Source: Octopus bimaculoides (taxonomy: Eukaryota). From it: 64,000 bases of DNA. The notes below the pieces were generated by a model that saw nothing but the letters and a program-made list of their open reading frames with translations, was not told the origin of the DNA and did no database searches. The translations under genes were made by a program, and so were the position numbers. This document shows positions 24,450 to 36,762 of the stretch, piece after piece (the stretch's first letter is position 1; each line of letters begins with the position of its first letter). The stretch lies in NCBI RefSeq assembly GCF_001194135.2, contig NC_068981.1:153130738-153194737 (forward strand), given 5' to 3'.

Positions 24450-25140
24450 GAGCTGCAGTCCTGGGTCAAGAAAAGACTAAAATTGACAGCCTGGTACCTG
24501 GAATATTATCAGATACTCACTGCCCTCTGCCGGTCGATGAGAGTTCGACAATAGCAATACATAATGATTTAGTAGTAGGTAAGAAGCGCTGTAGAGAATG
24601 AACTACCCGGTCTCTTTCAGAGGACTTTGGAACCGGGAACTGCTTAACTTCTAGAAATTTTGAACTGAAAATGCTACCGAAGTTTAGTACCACTTCGAGA
24701 TAAACTGTAAAGGTATGGAGATGTTACCTGGCACAACTGTCCGAGATGCACGCAAAACGACGCAACTGTACTGCATGCACACTTGCAATATCCGAACGTC
24801 GTTGAATTGTGGAGTTATGTCGACCAACTGTTGTTGCCTGTAGGACGAATCTGACTATTAGCTAACTCAATCGTGATATTCTACTCACCACTCCCTTTAA
24901 CAAAGCGGGACAGGATGTGTTCTTTTATCTAAAGTCTATGATGCAAGACGTTATGGGCGAACGCGACAGAATTAAAGGCAGACACCTTTCCCTTCGATCA
25001 AGCCCTCGTCAACATTTTCAAGCTCCGCATGAAAAAGAAAGTGAAAGTAGAGAGCGAACTAATCAAAAGATAGGTGATTAGCAAAAAATGATTAATGTGA
25101 ATGGAGCTACTCTAAGCATGCGCTTGAATATTGGAGAACA
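24450..25140 (+). mobile_element. Tx1/L1-like LINE ORF2 3' end (zf-RVT region), degraded
   Basis: From 24690: PLRDKL*RYG...CPRCTQNDATVLHA...ELWSYVDQLL, then KLRMKKKVKVE. Confidence 0.7.
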
Positions 25141-25639
25141 GCAGCTGGGCCAAGATTTGTGCCCATGGTGATCGGAGTGATCATGGATCTGTAAGGTGCC
25201 TTGATTGGCCTTATTTGGATTTTCCCTGTATCAGAAAGGCTACAATCATCCAAATATACCTTTTTTCTCATTTCTTTCTCTCTTCCCTTTCTTCTCATCA
25301 TTTGAACTAAGTGTGTGTTCAAATATCACAGAGGCCAACATCGCATTCCATCATGCCAGGGTTAATAATGAAGTACCAGTTAAGTGTTAATGCTGATTTA
25401 ATCTACTATACGCTCCTACCACTAATCTGTGACCCAGAGCCAATGTCAAAACTCATTATCATTTGCAGTGTTATGTCAAACACAAACAAAAGTTGGATCT
25501 TTCACATGTGGTATGTTGCCAGACGCTCACTACACTCTATCAGCTAGACAATACGGTCAGTTGAAAGTTAATCATCACATTATTAGAAAAGATGTCATAA
25601 CGATGGTTTCAGAGCAATTCTGGATCGAAGTAAGTCTGA

Positions 25640-26130
25640 GAAATTTATTTGGAGGATTTTCAGGTCGGATTTTATGAACAATTTTCAAAAGCCCTTGACC
25701 TAGCAGTGCTTGTTTGGAATAAATTCTATAAATATGTATTTATTGAAGACGCCAACAACGGAACCTGTCCGAGATGCGGGCAGGGAAACGAAGCTATTCA
25801 GTTAGCACTTGTTCGGTGTCTATGCAATACTGATTTGGGGTTTGAGGTCGAACAGCTGCCATTGTGAAGGTCGTCCGATTACCTTCCTTTCTCAAGGAAG
25901 AGTGAACAGTCTGATGGCTATTGGCATAAAGTTGTACAAGGAATGCAAGTGAAAGGTTGTCCTCTGAGATCAAATCCTCATCAACTTCGCATACCACTTG
26001 AAGATGAAGATGATGTAGCGAAGCAAACTTCCTTCCAGTAAATTTTCTGAAAGGTGGGCGAAATCAAGGACGTTGCTCAAGATCGCGTCCACTGGTACGA
26101 AAGAGTCGGGACCCTATGCTCCTTACGGAG
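25640..26130 (+). mobile_element. Second Tx1/L1-like ORF2 3' end (zf-RVT region), more degraded
   Basis: GTCPRCGQGNEAIQLALVRC...EVEQL in ORF 25649-25867. Confidence 0.6.
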
Positions 26131-26574
26131 AAATGTGGACTAACAAAACTAACTGGGCGAGAATGGTGAAATTGGTGTTGCCACATAGACCTTCACACAT
26201 ACAGCTGTAGACTGGCGGCAAGCATTTGTGGGTCCTCCCATTAATGTGTCAAACTAAGCTGGGGTTTTGTATATCCGAATATCCGAATTGGTTGTTTCTA
26301 TTTTGGAGAGATTTTATTAGTTTCTTGCTTTTTATTGCTTTGTTGCTTAATAGTGTTTCTTTATTATTTCTCTAAATTGTTATTGTTAGATTCCTTTTTG
26401 TACCGTATCAGTTTTTGTATTTCGCACTTGTAAAAGCATCAGTGTCTCTGAGCCCTTATTATTATTATTTTGGTTTGGCTCAGGTTCGGTCTTATTCTTG
26501 GTAGGAATTATGTGGATAGTGGGTTACTACCTGTAACTGTAGGTATCCACGAAGCTTTTAGCATTATCATTATT

Positions 26575-27095
26575 GTTGAGTGAGAGAGCAGTGCATGCCA
26601 TCAAAGTGACACTGGGGTAAAATATGCGAAGCCCAGTATACCCATCATGACTACCCGTCTGATAAGGGCACACTACGCAAATGCAACACAACCATATGTG
26701 CGTGATATGGTGTTCTCATATCAAGATAAACAGTCCATGACCTCGCAGGTGGGGCCCAGTTAGAATTTTTTTCAGGTCGAGTAGCCCATCCCGCTCAAAA
26801 GGTCCCTGAATAACGGTTGCCTAATGATGTTTTACGAAACACCCATGTTTCCAGAGGTGAATTATCCAAACTCCAAAGAATTCCTCTCAGCACATGGCTA
26901 TGATGCTCCCCCACTACTTCTGCTTGTGATCAGAGACGCACATATCATCAACCACCAAGGGTCACGCTCAAATGGTTAAGGTCAAACAACTGACAAGCAA
27001 ATTTGTGGTATTGAGCAGAATATTTGCTGTAGCCCATCAAAACAAAACATGTACATAGTAACACTTCCAATCAGTTAAGATCAGAAGCCATGAGA
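26575..27095 (-). mobile_element. RTE LINE 3' UTR with (AAT)n-like tail
   Basis: Reverse complement of 26860-27030 matches 37250-37400, which follows an RTE ORF2 end on +. Confidence 0.65.
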
Positions 27096-27101
27096 GCCAA
27101 A

Positions 27102-27154
<53 letters not shown>

Positions 27155-27449
27155 GGTCAACGTAATTGACATAAATCCACTCCTAAAAATTCGCAACCTG
27201 ATGCCAATATCAGAAACGGATATTATTATCATTATCATATTTGTTATGTGGTTTTGTTAATTTCATATGACTTTTTTCATTCAGTGTATCTCTGTGCATA
27301 GGAAGTGTGTGCAGTATTACCTTGCAGGAAAGATACGTTGCAGAATTTCTCTTAATGGTTTTTGTGGTGTTTTAATCTTGCTCTTGAAAGCTTTTATTTC
27401 ATGGGAAAATTCTTTTATTCTTTTAATGGTTTCAGTAGCCTTAATTTAT

Positions 27450-27960
27450 TTCCTATCAGTTTTGTTGCCGCTTTATGTCCGGAAGTTGATCTATGATTGA
27501 GTTTGTAACAGCTGATATTCCCTGAGTGTATCCCTGAAAGGTTGGCTGGTCCGGTATCATCGCTAGGAGTTTATCCAATGTTTTTTTTTTTTATGTTTCA
27601 GTAAAGGTTTGATTTTTATATTTCTGATTTCTTTAGGTATCAAACTGAAAAATTGAGGGACTCAAAATATCAGACTAGTTCAATAGAGTGTTTTTGCTTG
27701 TAATTTCGAAGGTGGTATATTTGGAAGCTAACACTGTCTACCAATTCGTGCATTAAAATTTTCTCAAGGGTTGAAGTTTGGATACGTATATCTCTCTCTA
27801 AGATAAATATGTACTTAGTTGCTTTACCGAACTGAAAATAGCAATTGTAGAATATGCTTTGTGCCTTGAAGAGAATCTTTTGAATTGTGTGCCGTGTTCT
27901 AATAACTAGTTCGGTCTTTATGTCATTATTCGCATACTTTTTAATGATATTCAGCACACC
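27450..27960 (-). mobile_element. CR1-clade LINE ORF2 3' end, degraded
   Basis: Minus strand LDKLLAMIPDQPTFQGY...AVTNSIIDQ (27480-27578), preceded by LIPKEIRNI; both are CR1-type C-terminal motifs. Confidence 0.7.
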
Positions 27961-29049
27961 AGTTATTATTGGTACTAGTTTCTTTTTTATCTCAGATCAC
28001 ATACCTTAAATCTATTTCGAGTTTTTGTACTTTTATAGTTTTTCGAATTTCCTGCCGGAGATGCTAGCAGGAAAAAAGCGAGATGGCTATCAGAGCGCAT
28101 AAGTTTTCGTATAACCTTTGAAGATATTTGGGTTGTATGATTTACAACTTGTCATGAGTATTGACAATCATGTCGAAGCTATGTTAGTGAAACATGTCGT
28201 GTTTGGTTTTCACTTACACCACATAAACTCAATAAGTCATTTAACGGTGTATCTCGAAGCGAATGCGACTATAAACAATAGTTTGTAATATACTAGATTA
28301 AAAACCAAGTCTTGGATTGACAAGCATATTCTAAATGTAAACAATTTCTGTTTTAAAAAAAGTGACTATATATTACTCAATTGATACAACCACGTATCCG
28401 GTTTTGTGTTTATATATTTTCTATTTACAGGGAATGGACAACCGGAAATGTGTTGGATGATTGTTTATATATGTTGATTGCAACCGGAAATGAGGTGATT
28501 GAGTATTTATATATGTTGATTACCTCCACTATGCTGGTTATGGTAGTCGAGATTTATTATTTTAGTTTGATGTATGCTATATGTGAAGCATTGATCTTCT
28601 GCAGCTAAATTGCTTTTAGTCCAGAGCTCGTGAGCCATTGTTAGTTTTCATATAGGGCTATTGTCTCTCTGCTTCAAGTCTTGCCGGATATTGAGCAAGG
28701 AGACTACTTTTCTCTGTTTTGTTACATATTTTTTGAGTTCAGCATTGAACTTATCTTTTGTTTTTGTTTCCTACTTTTTCTTTAGATTTGCAATTAAACC
28801 TTTTCTATCAAAGTAATTAGTTTCTCCTTTACAACTTATTATTTCCTTATAAAGACAGACAAAACGTTTTGTTTGTTTTATTTCGTATTGTTTTATTATA
28901 CAGTGTACCTTAGCTTGCTTCTAAGTATTGTTGTAGAGACACTTTATCATTTAGTTATAAGACCCATTCCCCACTGTTATCCTGGTAACTACAACCTATC
29001 TATACATCAGCTTAAATACTTTGAGTTCAGAGTGCAGTTAATAGTCATC

Positions 29050-29210
29050 TAGTTTTTCTGTCCTCGTAACTTAGTGGTTCGGCAAAATAGATGGATGGAA
29101 TAACAAGGCTTAAAAAAAAAAAATTACTGAGGTCGATTCATTTGACTAAACATTCTTCGAGGCGATGCCCTAGCATGGCCGTAGTTTAATGACTGAAACA
29201 AGTAAAAAAA
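29050..29210 (+). mobile_element. SINE family B 3' body
   Basis: cgtaacttagtggttcggcaaaa...gcatggccgtag...tgactgaaacaagtaaaa. Confidence 0.75.
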
Positions 29211-29467
29211 AAAAAAGCTCTTCAGTTCACAAACCTTTAACTTCGTTTTATTGAACCCACAGCTTATGGACTAGTTTTGCTGATTTGTTTATAACTATTA
29301 TCTGATTTCAAGCATTAAGTTTGTTTTCAATATCAGCATGACACGTTTGTACTCCACTTTTTCTAATTTACTCATTCATTTCTGTACATAGTACCATATG
29401 TAAGCTTCATTAACTCCAAAATGATTATAGTTATTTCGTTCTAATTCTCTGATTTCAGTGTCTAGAT

Positions 29468-29603
29468 CAGTCACGGGGAAAATGCAGCCCGCAGGAATTT
29501 TCTGAATGGCACGCCAATCGAAAATTACCTTGAATATGTCTAGTAATGCGGCATGAACCATGTCTCATGCGGCCCATTTCTCGAAAAAGGTTGCACATGC
29601 CTG
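29468..29603. mobile_element. hAT (Charlie-type) MITE, 136 bp
   Basis: Degenerate TIRs cagtcacggggaaa / ggttgcacatgcctg, subterminal gcagcccgc/gcggccc motifs, and 8-bp flanks gtctagat/atctaaac (5/8 identical, NTCTAGAN-like target). Confidence 0.65.
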
Positions 29604-29696
29604 ATCTAAACCTAACTTAATTTGAGTTTCAATGAATTACTATTTTCTTTGGTAATTTTGTATCCTCACTTACGTATTTTATTATTACCACAGAAT

Positions 29697-29893
29697 AAGG
29701 CTAAGAGTTGGTACGCCGGCCAAAATGCATTTCATTCATCTTTACATTCCGAGTTCAAATTCCGCGGAGGTCGATTTTGCCTTTAATCCTTTCGAGGTCA
29801 ATGAAACAAGTATCAGTTAAGCACTGTCGTCGATGTAATCGACAAACCCCACTTTAAGAATTCTGGCTTTGTGCCCATAGTAAAAGGGATTAG
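29697..29893 (+). mobile_element. SINE family A
   Basis: B-box gagttcaaattcc and body; flanked by the 15-bp direct repeat taccacagaataagg. Confidence 0.85.
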
Positions 29894-29905
29894 TACCACA
29901 GAATA

Positions 29906-30110
29906 AGGCGGCGAGTTTACAGGATCGTTAGCACGCCGGGGAAAATGCTTAGCAGCATTTCGCTGTCTTTAAGTTCTGTGTTCAAATGCTGCCGAGGTGG
30001 ATTTTGTCTTTCACCCTTTCGGAGTCGTTAAAATAAGTACCAGATGAGCACTGGGATCGACTTCTCCTTCCCTCAAAATCTGCTGGTTCTGTGCCTGCTG
30101 TAGAAAGAAG
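29906..30110 (+). mobile_element. SINE family A
   Basis: Head ggcggcgag...gttagcacgccggg, B-box and body. Confidence 0.85.
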
Positions 30111-30582
30111 TCACATATAGATTTTCGTAAGTTACCTGGTGGGTACAGTTCATTTTCTACAGTTTTTTAAGCCATACATATAATATAGATAATTCATAAT
30201 TTGTCTTGAGTGTTTGTAGCTATTGGTGGTTTGAATCACCAAACTTGTTAATAGAATCAAGAGAATAATAATTAATAGAAAAAAACATGGAAGAGAAATG
30301 GGTTCACTGCCAACATTTTTCTCTTGTGGAATGGATTATTAAAAAAAAGACTTCTTTTCGTTTTACAGTACAAGCGATGTTTTAGATTTTTATGCGATAT
30401 GGGCGATATACTATTTCGCTTTGGGGCTTTTTTTCAATATATCATTTATTCAATATAGTAAATTTTTATGTATTTGCAAAGGATTTTAAGCATGTGACTG
30501 AGATTAATCGTGGATTTCTTTTTACTCACGTTGCATAGTGAGGGATATTGTGTTTATTTATTATACAGCAATCTTCCGGGAT

Positions 30583-30622
30583 ATCTGGATGTTTCGGTGA
30601 CCGCTCGCCTCTTCAAACAGGG
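30583..30622 (-). ncRNA. Decayed Penelope-type minimal hammerhead motif
   Basis: Minus strand CTGT-TTGAAGA-GGCGA-GCGG-TCACC-GAAAC-ATC-CAG; C3>U and CG>CA changes are consistent with decay. Confidence 0.45.
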
Positions 30623-30922
30623 TTCAAAGAACAAGTTACCGCGAAAACTTACAATAAAATAACAGTCACCATGAGATATAAAACGACTAGGATGTGTATA
30701 AAGACATGGGGACATACAGGAGAAACGAAAGAAAAAAAAACACATCTATATAAAACAGAGAAAATCCTGTTTTATCAACATAGTGAAAATATTTCCAGGG
30801 TGCTCCACAGGGAATGATATTGAGTTAAAAAACTTAAAACTCCTATATGTGTGGATACGTGCATACGTGGATATGTGTATATATGGGTAAGCAGATGCAT
30901 GCAAGTACACACACATGCATGT

Positions 30923-30924
<2 letters not shown>

Positions 30925-30973
<49 letters not shown>

Positions 30974-31344
30974 TGTGTTTTGTGCTTGTCTGAGCGGCGA
31001 TGCATAATTGCAAGGATGAATACGTGCGTTTTGTAATATGCATGCGCTTATGATAGTGTCTAATCAGATTTACATAACTGTCTAAATATAAATGTATATG
31101 TACATAATGCCTTAAAATAAAAGATGTGTACATTCATGCATAGATGATGCTTCAGCGAATATGCTTCAAAGATTTCATACACAAGCATACCCGAGTGTGT
31201 GTGAATAATCGTACACATACATGCAAATCTACATACATATATACATATACACATATACACATTTTACATATATAAATACACACACACATATATGTACAGA
31301 TGTATGAACATAAATATATATCAAAGCATGGAAATACACATGCA

Positions 31345-31406
<62 letters not shown>

Positions 31407-31521
31407 CATATATATATATATACACATATATATATACACACACACATATATATATATATACACACACATATATAAGTATATATACATATATAGATATAGA
31501 TGTAGATAAATATAAACATTT

Positions 31522-31554
<33 letters not shown>

Positions 31555-32061
31555 CGTATTATACATATACACATATACATAAACACACGCACATACATAT
31601 ATGCATATGCACACAAACAAATACGCATATATATATATATATATATACATACACAGAGTCATCAGCATTGGAAAGTCTATGAGGGGGCTAATGAGTGATC
31701 CCACAGTAAATTCGCGGTCACCCTTTATGAAATTTAGCTGGAAGCAACAACAGTTAAAGCAGTAGTAGTAACAACAACAACAACAACAATAGTAAAAAAA
31801 AAAAGAAAGACGCTGAGAGGAAATTTAGTGTAAAAGACCAACGGCTTCACAGAGTTCAAATCCTACGTATGATTACTATTGTAAAAACATCACCTAATAG
31901 CTAGGTGAAAGAAACGTGGTCATAAATGCTTGCATGTAGCAACCATTTTTGAAAGAGACTAATTTCAAAGTCTCTAATAATGCTCATAGTATATAGCGTA
32001 CACATAACCCAGTACTTCGAGAAAACGCATGTGCACTTATATAATGATATAATGACGCAAA

Positions 32062-32142
<81 letters not shown>

Positions 32143-32154
32143 GTTTCTACCAAC

Positions 32155-32219
<65 letters not shown>

Positions 32220-32310
32220 TGTATGTAAGTATGTATATATATGTATGTATACGCATGCATATATACGCACACATATATAGACGCATGTGCCTGGGTATAT
32301 ATGAATATAT

Positions 32311-32350
<40 letters not shown>

Positions 32351-33202
32351 GTATTTCTGTAATTATGCATGTGGGTATCTGTGTGTGTGTGTATGCGTGT
32401 GTGTGTGTGTGCAGGTCACATAATACGGTGCTTACTAGACGATATCTCTTTCGCGATGGCTATGATTGTTTTCTCTGTCCAATGAACATAATATATATAA
32501 TGGGCAGAACAATTTTCTCTGGTCATCATTATCATCATCACAATCACACCCACCACTGCCACCAACACCAACGCCAACACCAACACCACCACAGCCGCCG
32601 CCACCACTGCGAGCAACATTGCTCCCACCATCACCACACCATTCTCCACCATGATAATGACTACCATTTACTCCCATCAGCACAATCACTACCACCTGAA
32701 AATGGACAGTACGACTTGATTTTAGCCACAGGATGACTCAGGCCCCTAAATTGACCACTTTTGATCCTTGTGACGATCAGGGAATCGTCGGCTTTCACTC
32801 TCCACAATTATGGTTTGGTGTGGCATAATAATGGGGTAAGAACCATTCTATTAACCTTTCTTTTGATTGGTCAGAAAGCTGGAAGGCTTCTAGGAAACAA
32901 GCTTAAAATCTGCCCAGTTTTGCAAGAGGCTGCTACATACGGCATCTGATATGATCGGATCAATTTTCTAACGTTATGTCCACAAGGAAAGAAGGGAAAA
33001 GGGTCGTAAAACAGATTTTAACTCTGAACATTTATCACGCTCGATCCACTTATACACTCGTATATAGATTAGGTCATCCATACTTACATTACTTTGCAAG
33101 AAGGGATATTCATAGAAAAGCACATACAGATGCAACTGCACGCATACACAGATGTGCATATGCATATGTGTATACATTGCCATACATACATACATATATA
33201 CG

Positions 33203-33281
<79 letters not shown>

Positions 33282-33317
33282 ATGTGTGTGTATGTGTGTG
33301 CGTGCGTGTATGTATAC

Positions 33318-33348
<31 letters not shown>

Positions 33349-33360
33349 CGCGTGTGCACA
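30925..33360. repeat. Mixed (CA)/(TA)/(ATCT)/(CAC) microsatellite field with short unique spacers
   Basis: Direct reading. Confidence 0.85.
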
Positions 33361-33774
33361 TACCCTATAGGAATACTAAAATAAGTTGAACATATTTGTA
33401 TCAATCAATATCAGTCTTACATTTATATCGAGAGATGCAGGTATAGCTGTGTATATAAGAAGCTCGCTTCGCAACAATCAGCTTCTGTCCCGGTTTCAGT
33501 CTTGCTTCGCGGCATCTTGAACAGTTCTCTTCTACTGCAGCCTCGTGCTGACTTTTGATATGCAAGTGAAATTTATTAGCTGGAAATTGTGTGGAAATCC
33601 GTCGCATATACTTATGCACGTGCGCGTGAGTATTGAGATGTCTACTCGAATCTGGTACTATTTTGTTAAAACCTATTTGCCAAGTGGTTAAGTCACCTTT
33701 TCTGACATGAAGGTGCCCAACATGCAAGACGGTATTTGAGTCCGTGTATGTGCCAATGTGTATTCTTTTATTCT

Positions 33775-34134
33775 TTTAATCTTTTACTTGTTTCAGTCAT
33801 TTGACTGTGGCCATGCTGAAGCACCGCCTCAAACGGTTTGAGCCGAACAAATCAACCCCAGGACTTATTCTTTGTAAGCCTGCTCGTGAATTAGAACGTG
33901 AGTAGTTGAGAACTCCACATGCACGCGTACACTTAACGTAGTTCTCAGGGAGATTCAGCGTGATAAGGCTGCCCCTGTGAAATACGTGTACTACTCATTT
34001 TTGCCAGCTTAGTGGACTGGAGTAACTTGAAATAAAAATGTCTTGCTCGAGGACACAATGCGTCGCCGGGAAATGAACTCACGACCTCATGATCGTGAAC
34101 CGAATACCCTTACCACTAAGCTACGCGCCTTCAC
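33775..34134 (-). mobile_element. Chimeric SINE: family C head + C2 central domain + family B 3' tail
   Basis: Head matches 55089-55220, middle matches 62375-62500, and the tail matches 2205-2300. Confidence 0.75.
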
Positions 34135-34177
34135 TTAGGATATGCATAATGTATATATACAATACATATGACATAAT

Positions 34178-34217
<40 letters not shown>

Positions 34218-35228
34218 TATAAATTATATATTATATATATATATATATATATANNNNNNNNNNNNNNNNNNNNNNNNNNNNNNNNNNNNNNNNNNNNNNN
34301 NNNNNNNNNNNNNNNNNNNNNNNNNNNNNNNNNNNNNNNNNNNNNNNNNNNNNNNNNNNNNNNNNNNNNNNNNNNNNNNNNNNNNNNNNNNNNNNNNNNN
34401 NNNNNNNNNNNNNNNNNNNNNNNNNNNNNNNNNNNNNNNNNNNNNNNNNNNNNNNNNNNNNNNNNNNNNNNNNNNNNNNNNNNNNNNNNNNNNNNNNNNN
34501 NNNNNNNNNNNNNNNNNNNNNNNNNNNNNNNNNNNNNNNNNNNNNNNNNNNNNNNNNNNNNNNNNNNNNNNNNNNNNNNNNNNNNATATTTTCTGTGCTT
34601 TTCATTAGGATGTTATAGCTATAGTGTAGAGTAACATGGTAGAGCTTCCTGTGTGACGGACAGCGCTTCCTTTCCATAAGTAGTGCATACATTGTGTTGT
34701 ATATATTTGCCTTATTTGCAATGTCTCTCACCAAAAAGACAAGATAGTTCGTCAAATACACAAATAGGAAGATCCCAAACGAGCTAGCGATAAGTTGGAA
34801 TTAACGATGGTACAGCTGCGTTATTGACATATTTGCAACATGTTAGTTGTGTCAAATATTCACAAGACAATACAATTAGCAGACTGCCAACAACGTCCGA
34901 CAGTAGAAACTAGCAGTGAAAGAAATAAAATAAACAATTCTGGTTGAAATTCATGAACGCTGGCGCAATTTGAAAACAATAAATAAATAAGATTTTTCTT
35001 AGCAAACATTGATTCATTAGCTAAATAAAAAATTAACAAAAAAATAAAATAAAATGAAAGAAGTGATTTATTGGCAGAAACGTTAGAATGTCTAACAAAA
35101 TGCAGGTTCGATTACGAAACCATACCGAGGTTAACGTTATCTTCCGATGTCGATAAAATAAATTAGTAGCAGTCAAAAAAGAAAAAAAAAACAAGATTGG
35201 CTATAATAGTTATTCCTTCCCACTAGTG

Positions 35229-35443
35229 TGTCGAGCTGGCAGAGTCTTTGGAAAACCAACAAAATGCTTAGAGTCATTTCTTTTGACTTTACATTCTTAA
35301 TGCAATCTCTGCCGAAATCGGCTTTGCCTTTTATATTTCCGGGTTCGATAAAATAAATACCAGTTGAATCTTGCGGTCGATATAATCGACTATACCCATC
35401 TCCTAAAATTTCAGGCAATGTGCATGTAGCAGAAGAGATTATT
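35229..35443 (+). mobile_element. SINE family A, diverged
   Basis: gagctggcaga head, body and tail type i. Confidence 0.8.
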
Positions 35444-35500
35444 CCTTCCTACTAAATTCGTAGCTTCGCACTTAATTTAGAAATCATTTAGTTTACTTCA

Positions 35501-35950
35501 GACGGTGAGCTGGCAGAATCGTTAGCACTCCGGGCGAAATGCTTAGCGGTATTTCGTTTGCCGCTACGTTGTGAGTTCAAATTCCACCGTGGTCGACTTT
35601 GTTTTCCATCCTTTCGGAGTCGATAAATTAAGTACCAGTTGAACACTGGGGTCGATGTAATCGACTTACCTTTTCCCTCAAAATTTCAGGCCTTGTGCCT
35701 ATATTAGAAAAGATTATTTAGTTTACTTAAAACGGCGAGCTGGCAGAATCCTTATTACGCTGGATAAAATTGATTAGCGACATTTTTTTTCCGGTTTTAC
35801 CTCTGAGTTCAAATTCTGCTGAGGTCGGCATTGCCTTTCATCCTTTTGGGGTCAATGAAGTAAGTACCAGTTGAGCATTAGGGTCGATGTAATTGACTAG
35901 ACCCTCCCCGCAAAATTTCAGGCTTTGTGCCTATAGTGGAAAGGATCATT
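35501..35950 (+). mobile_element. Head-to-tail dimer of SINE family A
   Basis: Copies 35501-35715 and 35731-35945, each bounded by atYatttagtttaYtt. Confidence 0.9.
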
Positions 35951-36762
35951 TAGTTTATTTCAGGTGTCCGTATGACAAAAGTAGTAGAGTGACAGATTAG
36001 ATATTATACTGCAATATATAATGCTTCGAGTTCAAATCCCGTCAAGGCCGTTTTTGCATTTCATTCTCGATAAGGTCGATAAGGTAAGTACCTTTTATAT
36101 ACTGTTTTAATCAATTCAGTCGCATATACCGGCCCTCCTACATCCTTATGGCCTTGTGGTAATACCAGAAATCCAGGTACATCAACATGCATGACGCCAG
36201 AAATGGCTAGGTACGATAACATAGAGCTCACAGTGCGGTAAACAACATTAAAGACAGCAAGCGTTAGTAGGATAATGTGGATATGCAAGCACCAAATCTA
36301 ATTTAAACAGCAGATCCAACTCTGGGGTTGATCTTTGTTCTGGTATAGGTATAAAAAGTGAACACAAATGACGTTTGAAATTTACAAAGCTGTTTCGGTA
36401 GACTTTTATTAATGCATTCACAGATTTCATAATTAACTAATTTAGATAAATGAATTTAAATAGTATGGTTGATTGATCTCTTTGTTTCTTATTTGTCCGT
36501 TTTAGCAACACCTTTTAATCTTGTATAATCGAATGTTAAGTTTGATTGAACTACTGATCCAACAAACGTTGAATTTGTCCAGATCGATGTAAGAAATCTT
36601 TCCTGTTTGAAATTTTACTTGATTAAAATTTCATCTGATGGTGGTGGTTTATATATTAAGATGTAATTTTCTATGAATGCATTAATAAAATTCTATCGAA
36701 ACAGCTGTCGTAAATTTTAAAAGCCATTTGTATTTACTTTTTATATGCATTATATAGTATAG

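Noticed and set aside
32738-32845. AG...GTAAGA bounded segment
   Set aside because: Stop codons in all three frames.
33452-33501. TATATAAG followed by Inr-like TCAGCT/TCAGTC
   Set aside because: Indistinguishable from chance in TA-rich sequence; no downstream gene seen.
36061-36288. 75-aa minus-strand ORF with a TM-like stretch
   Set aside because: Partly overlaps a degenerate SINE; no homology recognised.
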